A stretch of DNA of 64,000 nt from an uncultured Holophagaceae bacterium. Lineage in GTDB: Bacteria; Acidobacteriota; Holophagae; Holophagales; Holophagaceae. Where the stretch lies: assembly GCA_963816585.1 (NCBI GenBank), contig CAWFOJ010000138.1, positions 3,676 through 67,675 on the forward strand, in the 5' to 3' direction. The translations under genes were made by a program, and so were the position numbers. The notes under the pieces are model-generated. The model saw only the letters and a list, made by a program, of their open reading frames with translations. It had not been told where the DNA came from and searched no databases. Positions 27,388 through 36,824 of the stretch are shown here, piece by piece; position 1 is the stretch's first letter, and each line of letters opens with the position of its first letter.

Positions 27388-28585
27388 CTAGGAAGTGCCG
27401 CCCAGGGCCATGCCCCGGATCGACGTGATGCCGGGGATGGTCACGGCCACCGAGGATACGGCGCCGGTGCTGGGGGTTTTCCAGATGAGCAGGGTCGGGC
27501 CGCCGTCGCCGGTGCCGGTGGTGGTGGCGGCGGTGACGATGTTGGCCCCCAGCAGCCAGTCGGAATTGGTCGGATGGGAAAGGAGCCGCACGTTCTGCAC
27601 GTTCGCGGCCGGATCGCCCAGGGAGCGGCTGGGGCTCTGGTTGAGGTTGCCGCTGAGGGTGAACTGGCTCTGGCGGAACACCAGCACCGCCGCCGTGGCG
27701 GAGGACGAACCCGAATCGACCACGTACAGGTCGGTGGCCTGGGGATCAAAGGCGATGGAGGCGGGAGTGGGCGCCGTGCCGGTGGCCATGGTGGCCAGCA
27801 AGGTGCTGGGGCCGATCAGGACGTTGGAGCTGGTGTTGGTGATGGGGTTCGCGTTCACGAACCCGGAGCTGTAGCCCTTGCGGAGCCGGGCGCCGGTGTA
27901 GCCGTTGCCCAGGGAGTCGTAGAGGGTCGATTGACCGTTGGCGAACAGGCCGAACACGCCGCCCCCGGGAATGGCGGCCAGGCCCACGCCCCACTGGTCG
28001 GAACCGATGCCGATGGGAACTGTACGCGGAGGGATTGATGTTGGCGCCGTTGGCGACGGAACTGACGGAAGGCACCACCCAGATCTGGGTGGTCCCGCCG
28101 TCGTAGGTGGTCTCCTGCGCGTAGAGGGTGTTGGTGGTGGAGTCCACCGCGACCTGGCCGAAGGCGGAGTTGCTCAGCTGCTGGGACGAGTACCCCAGGG
28201 TGAAGCTGTAGATGTCGGTGACGTTGGAGATGGACCCGCTCTGGGAGCTGGCCTGGGTGATGACGAAGACGGTGCCGCTTTCGGTCACCAGGTAGATGAG
28301 GTTATGGGCGCTGTCCACCGCCAGGCCGCCCCATGCCAGGGTGATGCCGCTCAGCTGGGCGCTCTGGATGGTCCGGTCCGGGCCGGGCGCGGTCCCGCCA
28401 GCGCCCACGCCGTAGACCGAGTTGATGTCGTTCCACACCATCACCGTGCCGGTGCTGGAATCGAAGAGATACAGGGTCCTGCCGCCGCCGTTGTTGTCCA
28501 CGCAGCCGAGGGCGGTGAGCAGGCCCGCCAGCGCCACGCCGAAGAGCAGGCGGAAGGAAGATAGAAAAGCGAATGGGCGGAACAC
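27388..28585 (-). CDS. Ser/Thr/Asn-rich lipoprotein, possible beta-propeller (indel near 28010)
   Basis: Lipobox LTALGC; repeated WGGLAVD / FGQVAVD / SIAFDP / RGMALG blade-like motifs across two overlapping ORFs. Confidence 0.7.
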
Positions 28586-28600
28586 GGGTACTCCTGGAGG

Positions 28601-29560
28601 CTACTTGGAGAATAACGCTTTCAGGTGGGCGTTGAGGGTTTTCACCATTTCATTGTCGCAACCCGCCTCCACGGCGCCCCGGGATACGGCCAGGGCGAGG
28701 TTCTTCACCGCCTCGGGGCCTTCCCCCTGAACCAGCTGGAGGTTGGCCCGGGCCAGGAGCTTGTTGAGCATTTCATGATGTTCTGGGGGCAGCACCGCCC
28801 TGGCGGTCTGGATGATCCGGTGGGCGAAATGGGTGAGTTTGGCCAGCTTCACCGGATCCGTGACGGGCGCCGGGGCCCTGGGGGGCGCCGCGTGGGGCTC
28901 CTCCCGGAACGGGGTGGGGACCGTGGCGGTGGAGGCCGGGGCCTGGGGCGCCGGCCCGCCCTGCCCCGCGCCGCCGGCGGGCCCGGGCTTGGGCAGGTCG
29001 GGGCGCTTGCCGCTGCGCACCCCCTTCAGGGCCACGTGCCCGGCCATGATCAGGCCGTACAGGTCCTTGGCCAGGCTGAGCACCGGACGCCCCAGCAGGC
29101 CCGCCAGCTCCTCCACCGTGTAGTAGCCGGTGAGCAGCGCCAGCAGCTTGGCCTCCCGGGGGTTGGTCCCGGAGGGCACCTCGCCGGCCAGCAGGTTGGA
29201 AAGGGGATAGAGGTCCAGGGAGCCGATCTTCTGGCTGAGCACCCGCCATTCGTCCATGCGTCGGTGCATCTCCATGAGGATGGACGGGTTGGGTTTGTTG
29301 ATGGTGGCCGGCACCGGGTCGTCCCCCTCCTCGAAGATGTAGGTGCCGTCCAGCCACAGGGCCACCTGGTACAGCGCCTCGAGTCCCTCGCTGTCATTGG
29401 TGGCCGCATGGATGATGCGCCCCCCCTGGAGGTAGATCATGGCCCGCCGGGACTCATCCGCCACGCGAAAGCAGCCGGTCTTCCCCCCCTGGCTCACCAG
29501 CTGGATGATATCCGGCAGCGGCGCTTCCCGCATGGAACCTTGGATGAGACCCTGGGACAT
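28601..29560 (-). CDS. DUF4388 (PatA-N-like) domain protein
   Basis: QGSMREAPLPDIIQLV...KTG...IYLQGGRIIHA...W.DGTYIFE...ILME...DEW. Confidence 0.85.
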   Translation of the reverse strand: MSQGLIQGSMREAPLPDIIQLVSQGGKTGCFRVADESRRAMIYLQGGRIIHAATNDSEGLEALYQVALWLDGTYIFEEGDDPVPATINKPNPSILMEMHRRMDEWRVLSQKIGSLDLYPLSNLLAGEVPSGTNPREAKLLALLTGYYTVEELAGLLGRPVLSLAKDLYGLIMAGHVALKGVRSGKRPDLPKPGPAGGAGQGGPAPQAPASTATVPTPFREEPHAAPPRAPAPVTDPVKLAKLTHFAHRIIQTARAVLPPEHHEMLNKLLARANLQLVQGEGPEAVKNLALAVSRGAVEAGCDNEMVKTLNAHLKALFSK

Positions 29561-29650
29561 GGACATCCCCTCGTGCATGAGCGATGGCTGGCCGGGAAAT
29601 CCTATCATGGCTCCAGCCCGCTCCCCCCCGGGTGTCGGTCCAGTGGCAAT

Positions 29651-29669
29651 ATGAAATAGAATCATTATT
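29651..29669. promoter_or_regulatory. Fur-box-like AT-rich site upstream of ribBX
   Basis: ATGAAATAGAATCATTATT matches 12/19 of GATAATGATAATCATTATC, including an intact AATCATTAT half-site. Confidence 0.35.
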
Positions 29670-29682
29670 TCGAGGTACCGTC

Positions 29683-30751
29683 GTGAGCGCACCCTTCTCT
29701 TCCATCGAAACGGCCATCGAGGCCATCCGCCAGGGGCGCATGATCGTCGTGGTGGATGACGAGAACCGGGAGAACGAGGGGGACCTCACCATCGCCGCCC
29801 AGTACGTCACGCCGGAGGCCATCTCCTTCATGGCCACCCACGGGCGGGGCCTCATCTGCACCGCCCTGGAGGGAGCGCTTCTTGATCGCCTGAACATTCC
29901 CCAGATGGTCCACGACAACACCAGCCCGTTCGAGACCGCCTTCTGCGTGAGCGTGGAGGCCCGGGAAGGAACGTCCACGGGCATTTCGGCCCACGACCGG
30001 GCCCGCACCATCAAGGCCCTGGTGGCCCCGGACGCCAAGCCCTCGGATTTCGTCAAGCCGGGCCATGTGTTCCCCTTGCGGGCCAGGGCCGGCGGCGTCC
30101 TGGCCCGCACCGGCCAGACCGAGGCGTCCGTGGACCTGGCCCGCCTGGCGGACCTGCACCCTTCCGGGGTCATCTGCGAAATCATGAAGGACGACGGGAC
30201 CATGGCCCGGGTGCCCGACCTGGCGGCCTTCTGCGAGCGCCACCGACTGCCCCTGGTGACCGTGGAGGCCCTGGTGGCCTACCGCCTGCGCAGGGACCCG
30301 ATCATCCGCCTCCTGGCCAGCGCGACCCGGGACACCGGCTGGGGCCGCCTGGAGGTGCACCGGTTCGAGAGCCTCCTGGACGGCAGCTCCCACTTCGCCT
30401 TCGTCCTGGGCGACCCTGCCGGCCCGGCCCCCCTGGTGCGGGTGCACCAGGAGACCCTGCCCGAGGACCTGGACGGGTTCGGCCAAGTGACCCCCACCCT
30501 GTTCCACCGGGCCATGGACGCCATTTCCCGGGAGGGGCGGGGGGATCCTGGTCTACCTGCGGCGTCCCCGCACCGGGGAGGAGCCCCCACCCCGGGCGCT
30601 CAGCGACCGGGATGTGGGTGTTGGAGCCCATATATTGAAATCATTAGGGGTAAAAGAAATGCGGCTCCTCAGCCGGCAAGAAAAGAAGTACATTGGACTC
30701 GGCGGCTTCGGCCTGGATATTGTTGGACAGGTCCATCTGGATACACTTTGA
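29683..30751 (+). CDS. ribB: DHBP synthase RibB fused to a degenerate GTP cyclohydrolase II domain (RibBX); extra G near 30541
   Basis: VVDDENRENEGD, TGISAHDRA, PGHVFPL, GQTEASVDL, VICEIM; corrected frame gives EGRGILVYL...RDVGVGAHILKSLGVKEMRLL...GFGLDIV, stop at 30749-30751. Confidence 0.88.
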
Positions 30752-31239
30752 TAAACAATTCATCAATATTAATCTGCCCCCTGTTCAGAGACCTGGACCC
30801 GGCGCAGCTTGCCCGGATTTTGGCCATCGGGGAAACCAAGGGCTACCGGGCGGAGCAGGTGATCTTCCGGGAAGGGGACCCTGGTGACGGTTTATTCATC
30901 GTCGTCTCTGGAACCGTGCGCATATCCAGGCGCACCACCACCGGGGAAGAAGCCCTGGCCATCCTCGAACCCAACGCGTTCTTCGGGGAGATGGCCTTGA
31001 TCGACTGCCATCCCCGGGCCGCGGATGCGGTGGCCAACGAGGATTCGGAGATCTTCTTCATTCCCCTGGCCGGACTGCGCACCCAGTTGGAGGCAAGCCC
31101 CGGCCTCGCCAACAAAGTGCTCTACGCCCTTTGCGAAGTGCTCACCCAGCGCCTGCGGGAAAGCAACGACCGTTTCATGAACGTTTTCACCCTGGCCCAG
31201 TGGAGCACCGGCAGTAACGACCTGATCCCCCTGCCGTAG
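30748..31239 (+). CDS. Stand-alone cyclic-nucleotide-binding domain protein
   Basis: PLFRDL, IFREGDPGDGLFIVVSGTV, FFGEMALID..PRAADA; no HTH; probable TTG start overlapping the ribBX stop. Confidence 0.85.
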   Translation: MINNSSILICPLFRDLDPAQLARILAIGETKGYRAEQVIFREGDPGDGLFIVVSGTVRISRRTTTGEEALAILEPNAFFGEMALIDCHPRAADAVANEDSEIFFIPLAGLRTQLEASPGLANKVLYALCEVLTQRLRESNDRFMNVFTLAQWSTGSNDLIPLP

Positions 31240-31260
31240 GGGGCTTTTTCGAGGAAACCC

Positions 31261-31581
31261 ATGTCCGATCTCGTTAAGCACATCACCGATGCCGAATTCC
31301 AAAAGACCGTGGCCGAAGGCGTCACGCTGGTGGATTTCTGGGCCCCGTGGTGCGGCCCTTGCCGGATGATCGCCCCGATCCTGGACGAGCTGGCCGGAGA
31401 ACTGAAGGAAAAGGCCAGGATCGTGAAGATCAACGTGGACGAGAACCCGGTGGTGGCCGGGCAGTTCGGGATCATGTCCATTCCCACCCTGCTGCTGTTC
31501 AAGAACGGCCAGAAGGTCGACCAGAAGGTGGGGGGTCAGGCCAAGCCCCAGCTCAAGGCCTTCATCGAACAGGCCATCTGA
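31261..31581 (+). CDS. trxA: Thioredoxin
   Basis: VDFWAPWCGPCRMIAP, IMSIPTL. Confidence 0.97.
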   Translation: MSDLVKHITDAEFQKTVAEGVTLVDFWAPWCGPCRMIAPILDELAGELKEKARIVKINVDENPVVAGQFGIMSIPTLLLFKNGQKVDQKVGGQAKPQLKAFIEQAI

Positions 31582-31600
31582 TCGGGTCCTGGTGCGAGGG

Positions 31601-31974
31601 CCGGGTCCCGGTCGGCGGCAGGCCCGCCGTCCGGGTTCCGGTGCGTTCGCGCCGCCCCACCGTTGCTCGGCTTCGTCAGCCCGCGCGGCGCGCGGCCTGA
31701 CGAAGCGCTCGCTTGCTCGTCGGGGCCGACCAAAGAACTCAGGTATCGGTGGCTTCGGGGCGAATTGGGGGAATCTCCTCTCCAGACCGTACGGGTCCTT
31801 TCATGCCTGCCGAACCAGGGGGACCCGCCAAGTCCTGTCAGCCGGCAAGGACGCTTTCTGACCCACTCGTGAACCACCGAACCCAACGTCCGATGCGGCT
31901 CGACGGCCACCAACCGTATGGCGGCGCGAAGCCAGGAACTCGGAATGACCAAGTTGCCGCTGACCGGGACCCGG
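31601..31974. repeat. Structured palindromic interspersed element, copy 2 (about 374 bp)
   Basis: 20-bp terminal IR CCGGGTCCCGGTCGGCGGCA / TGCCGCTGACCGGGACCCGG (one mismatch); collinear with 15722-16106; between convergent genes. Confidence 0.85.
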
Positions 31975-31983
31975 GGGGCTGGA

Positions 31984-32268
31984 TCAGGGGCCCGGCAGGC
32001 GGCCGCGGTCCAGGAATCCGCCGACCGAGGCCAGGAGGTCCGTCAGGGGGCGCAGTTCGGAAAGGTCCAAGGTCAGGCCGCCGTCCTCCAAGGCCTGGAA
32101 GCGCTCCACGTCCTCCCGCCAGCGCCACCACTTCAAGGTGAGGCGGCCGTCCGGAGCGCCGCAGACCCACAACTCGAAATCGTCACGGCACAGTTTGCCG
32201 AGGATGATCGGACCATCGTCGCCGGGGGCCGGCTTGCGCTGGAAGGGAAGGATGTTTCCAGGACCCAT
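31984..32268 (-). CDS. Small hypothetical protein, possibly PC4/YdbC-like fold
   Basis: GC3-biased ORF; LTLKWWRW...GGLTLDLSEL resembles the PC4 pattern (DIR.W...KG(I/L)TL...E). Confidence 0.5.
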   Translation of the reverse strand: MGPGNILPFQRKPAPGDDGPIILGKLCRDDFELWVCGAPDGRLTLKWWRWREDVERFQALEDGGLTLDLSELRPLTDLLASVGGFLDRGRLPGP

Positions 32269-32316
32269 CATCCACCTACCGGGCCACGCATCCAGGTTCC
32301 TGGCAAGATCTAGTCG

Positions 32317-33234
32317 TCACTTGGCGTCCTTGCGGTTCAGCACCAGGCGGATCTGGTTGCCCTTGTCGTTGTGGTGGACCTCGTCCATGACCAGCTGGAT
32401 CATGGCCAGGCCGCGGCCGCACTGTTCACTGAGGTCGGCTTTGGTGTACCGGGAGACCATGGAGACGTCGAACCCGGGCCCGCCGTCGGTGATGACCACC
32501 TCCAGCCGCTCGGGCGTCACGTGCATGGCCACGTCGATCCAGCGCTGGGCGTAGCGGGGATCGGCCAGGCGCTGCGCCATGGTGGCCGCGAAGGCGTCCT
32601 GCTCCTCGAACAGGTCGCCCTTGAGGCTGGAGTCCATCTCCAGGCAGCCGTGCTCCAGGGCGTTCACCAGGGCTTCGTGGAAAGCCATGCCGACCACGTC
32701 CACGTTGGTGGGCTTGGCCAGGCCCAGGGGCACCAGCCGGTCGGTGAGATGCCCGACCATGCTGGGGATGTCCAGTTCCGTGGCCTGGAACAGGAAATGC
32801 CGGTGCTCCTCCACCAGGCCCCGCAGCCCCACCGCCGCCCTGCGCATCTCCCGGTGCAGGTCCACCAGGTGGAACGCGCTGTTCACCAGGTCGCGGAGGC
32901 TGATGGGCTTCTGGAACAGGTTGGATGCGCCCATGCGCACCGCCCGGATGGCAAAGTCCAGGGACGCCTGGCCGGTCATCAGGACCACCGGCAGCCCGGG
33001 CTTCAGGGACTTGACCTGGGTGATCACGTCGAAACCGTCCAGGCCGTCCATGGTGATGTCGGTGATCACCAGGTCGAACTGGGGTGATTCCTGGTCCTCC
33101 AGGGCGCGCAGCGCCCGGCGGGCGTCCCCGAAGGAGTGCACTTTCATGCCGAAATGGGTCAGGGCCTCGCCCACCAGGCCCAGGACGTCCGGGTCGTCGT
33201 CGATCAGGATGATGTGGGGTGGGATGGTCGTCAT
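32317..33234 (-). CDS. Response regulator fused to HATPase_c anti-sigma-kinase domain
   Basis: IILIDDD, LVITDITM, VLMTG, FQKP receiver; HEALVNALEHG, ITDGGPGF, GRGLAMI, NDKGN. Confidence 0.88.
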   Translation of the reverse strand: MTTIPPHIILIDDDPDVLGLVGEALTHFGMKVHSFGDARRALRALEDQESPQFDLVITDITMDGLDGFDVITQVKSLKPGLPVVLMTGQASLDFAIRAVRMGASNLFQKPISLRDLVNSAFHLVDLHREMRRAAVGLRGLVEEHRHFLFQATELDIPSMVGHLTDRLVPLGLAKPTNVDVVGMAFHEALVNALEHGCLEMDSSLKGDLFEEQDAFAATMAQRLADPRYAQRWIDVAMHVTPERLEVVITDGGPGFDVSMVSRYTKADLSEQCGRGLAMIQLVMDEVHHNDKGNQIRLVLNRKDAK

Positions 33235-33253
33235 AGGTTCGTTCTATTCAACT

Positions 33254-34513
33254 CTAGCCGGGAGCGGGCAGGATGTTTGCAAGGAGTTGCCAAGTTTTTT
33301 CCAACGCCCCGGACAGGGCTTCGGGAAGCCGCCCCGAGCGGCCCTGGGCGCCGGGGCGGAGGGCACCCTGGTCCAGGGCCCCGGCGACCGCTTCGGCCAC
33401 CTGCCCAGCCGGAACCACCCGCACCGAGCCCGCCTCCAGCAGGGGCTCCACCAGGTCCTGGAAATTGGCGTATCCGGGCCCCAGCAGGGTCGGCAGCCCC
33501 CACACCACCGGCTCCAGGGGGTTGTGCCCGCCGTGCCAGGCCCAGCCGCCGCCCACCAGGGCCAGGGTGCCCTCCCCGTAGGCGGCGGCCAGTTCCCCCA
33601 GGGTGTCCAGGAGCAGGATGGGGGTGCCGGCCCAGGGCCCCGGGCCGGACGGCCAGGGCGCGGACGCCCGCAGGAAGCCCAGGGACCGGGCCTCCAGCAG
33701 CCGGGCCACGGCCTGGAAGCGCCGGGGCTGGCGGGGCGCCAGCACCAGGCGCAGCCCCGGACGGTTCTCCCGGACCCGGGCCCAGGCCTCCAGGACCAGT
33801 TCCTCTTCCGTCTCCACCGTGTTGCCGGCCACCAGGACCGGATCGCCCCTCCAGGCTTCCCGCAAGGGCGCCCAGCCTTCATGCAGAGGCCGGGGCGGCG
33901 GCAGGTCGGCCTTGAGGTTGCCGCCCAGGGCCGCCCGGGGCGCGCCCAGGTGCCGGAAGGCCCGCAGGGAGGCCTCGTCCCGGGCCGCCACCAGGCCCAG
34001 GCGCGAGACCGCCCGGGCCATCCAGGCCCGGCCCCGGCGGGTGCTGCGCTCGGTCAGGCGGCCGTTGACGATGGCCGCGGGGATGGCCCGGGCCTGGAGC
34101 TCGCGCAGCAGGTTGGGCCAGATCTCCGTCTCCAGGCTGATGAAGGCGCCCGGGGGGCGGCGCAGGAAGGGGCGCAGGCCCCGGGGGTCGTCCAGGGGAA
34201 AGGGGCCGCCGGTGACGCGCCCGGTGCCCTGGTCCCACCCGGGCAGGCGCCGGCCCAGCAGGTCCAATCCCGCCCGGGTGCCCGTGGTCACGTGGACCGC
34301 GTACCCCGCGTCCCGCAGCCGGCCGAGGATCCCGTCCGCCAGCAGCAGTTCCCCCACGCTCACCGCCTGCACCCAGATCCAGCCCGGGGCCCGTTCGGGC
34401 ATCTGCGCCTCCAGGCGCAGGCGCCAGTCCGGCGGCAGCCCCCGGACCAGGGCCCGGGCCAGGCAGCCGGCGCCGGCGACGGCCGCCAGGTAGCTCCCAT
34501 CCAGCATGTCCAT
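33254..34513 (-). CDS. waaA: 3-deoxy-D-manno-octulosonic acid (Kdo) transferase
   Basis: IWVQAVSVGE, FPLD, ETEIWPNL, VNGRLTERS, GNLKAD, LDTLGELA, GGHNPLEP. Confidence 0.93.
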   Translation of the reverse strand: MDMLDGSYLAAVAGAGCLARALVRGLPPDWRLRLEAQMPERAPGWIWVQAVSVGELLLADGILGRLRDAGYAVHVTTGTRAGLDLLGRRLPGWDQGTGRVTGGPFPLDDPRGLRPFLRRPPGAFISLETEIWPNLLRELQARAIPAAIVNGRLTERSTRRGRAWMARAVSRLGLVAARDEASLRAFRHLGAPRAALGGNLKADLPPPRPLHEGWAPLREAWRGDPVLVAGNTVETEEELVLEAWARVRENRPGLRLVLAPRQPRRFQAVARLLEARSLGFLRASAPWPSGPGPWAGTPILLLDTLGELAAAYGEGTLALVGGGWAWHGGHNPLEPVVWGLPTLLGPGYANFQDLVEPLLEAGSVRVVPAGQVAEAVAGALDQGALRPGAQGRSGRLPEALSGALEKTWQLLANILPAPG

Positions 34514-34574
34514 GCATCTAGGCTCCCATGAACGGGCCGGGAAGGCATCATGGAAGAGGAGGGGGAGGACCGCC

Positions 34575-35570
34575 ATGCTCGAGGTGCTCCTGGTCACCGG
34601 CCCGCTGGGCTCCGGCAAGACCACCGTGGTGAACCGCCTGCTCAAGGCTGAACTGGGCCGGGGCACCCGGGTGGCGGTGCTCATCAACGAGTTCGGCGCC
34701 GTGAGCGTGGACGGCGCCCTGGTGGACTCCCACCGGCCGGAGCTGGCGGACATCGCCAACCTGGTGGACGGCTGCGCCTGCTGCAGCCTGCGGGGCGACG
34801 TGGTGGCGACCCTGGCCCGGTGGTGCGATCTGCCCCCGGCCTCCCGGCCCCGGCGGGTGGTGCTGGAGACCACCGGGCTGGCGGACCCCACCGACCTGGT
34901 GGATCTGGACCAGGAGCCGTCCCTGGAGGGGCGCCTGCGCCTGGCGGGGTGCCTCACGGTGGTCTCGGCCCTCGCCCCCCTGGACCACCTGGCCAAGCGG
35001 CCGCTGCTGCGCCGCCAGACCGCCCTGGCGAGCCTGGTCCTGGTGAGCAAGGCGGACCTGGACCCGAGCCTGGCCATGGCCTGGGAAAGCCAGATCCGGG
35101 CCGCGTTCCCCGGCCACCTGATCCGGGCCGCGCGGATGGGCGTGGCCGCGGACCCGGTGGATCCCTGGAGCGGTTCCCTGCCCGCGGTCCCGGCGGAGCC
35201 GGCCCAAGAGCCCGCCAGCGGGTTCAGCGCCGCCCGGGCCCTGACCCTGCGCTGGAACCACCCGGTGGACCCGGAGGGCCTGGAGGCCCTGTTCCAGCGC
35301 CTTCCGGCCCAGGGGGAACTGCTGCGCGCCAAGGGCATCTGCGCCTTCGCAGGCTGGCCCTCCCGCCACGACGGCAGCGACCGCTGGGCCTTCCAGTGGG
35401 CCGACGGCCGCCTGGAAGTGAGTCCCCTGCCCGCCCCGTCCGGCGGGGTGCCGCCGCCCCTGGCGGCGGTGGTCATCGGCCTGGACCTGGACTGGCGCGC
35501 CTGGCGCGCCGCCTTGCGGGGCCTGGAGCGGGCGCCGGCGGGCGCCCGGCGCAAAGTCGTCCTGCGCTGA
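34575..35570 (+). CDS. CobW/COG0523-family metallochaperone GTPase
   Basis: VTGPLGSGKTT, INEFG, GCACCS, LETTGLADP, SKAD, LLRAKG. Confidence 0.92.
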   Translation: MLEVLLVTGPLGSGKTTVVNRLLKAELGRGTRVAVLINEFGAVSVDGALVDSHRPELADIANLVDGCACCSLRGDVVATLARWCDLPPASRPRRVVLETTGLADPTDLVDLDQEPSLEGRLRLAGCLTVVSALAPLDHLAKRPLLRRQTALASLVLVSKADLDPSLAMAWESQIRAAFPGHLIRAARMGVAADPVDPWSGSLPAVPAEPAQEPASGFSAARALTLRWNHPVDPEGLEALFQRLPAQGELLRAKGICAFAGWPSRHDGSDRWAFQWADGRLEVSPLPAPSGGVPPPLAAVVIGLDLDWRAWRAALRGLERAPAGARRKVVLR

Positions 35571-35599
35571 ACCCTGCAGTTTGCTAAGCTGGCGGCACC

Positions 35600-36316
35600 A
35601 TGGCCAAGCCGGTGTCAGATCCGTTCCGTGCCCTGATCCTGCTGGGCGCGGCGGTGGTGTGCGCCGGACTGGGCAACAGCCTGGCCCGCCCCGACCGCCG
35701 GCTCGCCTGGGCCGCCGGGGCGCCGCCCCCCGCCGCCACCCCGGGCCCGGCCCTGTCCCCGGCGGTCGCGCCGCCTGTGCCGGCGCCCGCTCCAGCGCCC
35801 CAAGCCGCACCCGCGCCCAAGGCCGCTCCCGTGCCCCGGGCCGTCACGCCGCGCCCGGCCCCGGCGACCCAGGCTCGCGCTCCGGAGCCGTCCACCTCCG
35901 CCGCGCCGGCCCCGGCGCCGGCGGATGCCCCGGCCCCGGCACGCTTCGACCCGGCACCCGACGCGGTGATCCGGGACCTGTCCCCCCAGGAGGCCTGGGC
36001 GGCCTTCCAGCAGCACATCCCCTTCCTGGACGCCCGGCGCAGCGCGGACTACCTGGCCGGCCACGTGGCCGGCGCCTGGAGCGTGCCCATCTGGGAAGCG
36101 GACGCCGACGCCCGCATCACCGATTTCGAAGCCCGGGCCAAGCCCGCCGCCAAGTCCCCCCTGGTGCTGTACTGCGCCGGCGGCGACTGCCAGGACTCCC
36201 GGGTGCTGGCCGACAAGCTGGTGGGCCTGGGCTACCGCAACCTGTTCATCTACCGGGACGGCTTCCCGGACTGGGCGCGGCGCAACCGGCCCCGGCAGCA
36301 AGGTCCCCACCCATGA
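35600..36316 (+). CDS. Exported rhodanese-like protein with Pro/Ala-rich linker
   Basis: N-terminal TM, FLDARR...GHVAGA, VLYCAGGDC, GFPDW. Confidence 0.88.
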   Translation: MAKPVSDPFRALILLGAAVVCAGLGNSLARPDRRLAWAAGAPPPAATPGPALSPAVAPPVPAPAPAPQAAPAPKAAPVPRAVTPRPAPATQARAPEPSTSAAPAPAPADAPAPARFDPAPDAVIRDLSPQEAWAAFQQHIPFLDARRSADYLAGHVAGAWSVPIWEADADARITDFEARAKPAAKSPLVLYCAGGDCQDSRVLADKLVGLGYRNLFIYRDGFPDWARRNRPRQQGPHP

Positions 36317-36774
36317 CCCCTTCCAGGCTGCTCCATCCCTGGCTCACCGTGCGCGCCCAGATCGCCCTGGGGGCGGTTTTCGTGGCCGCGGCCTGGCCCA
36401 AGCTCGCGGACCCGCCCGGGTTCGCCGAGGCCATCTGGAACTACCGGCTGGCCCCCTCCTGGCTGGTCCATCCGGCGGCGCTGGTGCTGCCCTGGCTGGA
36501 ACTCCTGTGCGGCGTGGCGCTGATCCTGGGCCTGTGGGTCCGGGCCGCCGCCGCCTGGGCCGGGACGCTGCTGCTGGTGTTCGTGGCCGCCCTGTCCATC
36601 GACCTGGCCCGCGGCCACCCTGTGGACTGCGGCTGTTTCCAAACCCAGGCCGCGCCCCGGGCCGCCCCGGAGCGCCTGGCGGACATGCGCTGGGATATCG
36701 CCCGGGACCTGGGGCTGCTGCTCCTGGCCGCCCAGATCCTGGCAGCCGCCGCCAGGCGCCGGCAGGAACCCTGA
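36313..36774 (+). CDS. MauE/DoxX-family membrane protein
   Basis: FVAAAWPKLADP, NYRL, LPWLELLCG, VDCGCF, IARD. Confidence 0.88.
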   Translation: MTPSRLLHPWLTVRAQIALGAVFVAAAWPKLADPPGFAEAIWNYRLAPSWLVHPAALVLPWLELLCGVALILGLWVRAAAAWAGTLLLVFVAALSIDLARGHPVDCGCFQTQAAPRAAPERLADMRWDIARDLGLLLLAAQILAAAARRRQEP

Positions 36775-36824
36775 GCCTCGACCTTTCCCAGGGTCCCGTT
36801 ACAATTCAGGGTTCGGAGGCCCGG

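Noticed and set aside
29584-31239. Novel RibB-cNMP fusion protein (551-aa ORF)
   Set aside because: Artefact of an extra G near 30541; the corrected frame gives a normal RibBX end at 30751 and a separate cNMP gene.
31870-31901. Group II intron domain V look-alike (GAGCCG...GGTTC on the minus strand)
   Set aside because: Lacks the GNRA loop and AC bulge, has no domain VI/AY end and no RT; copy 1 breaks the basal pairing.
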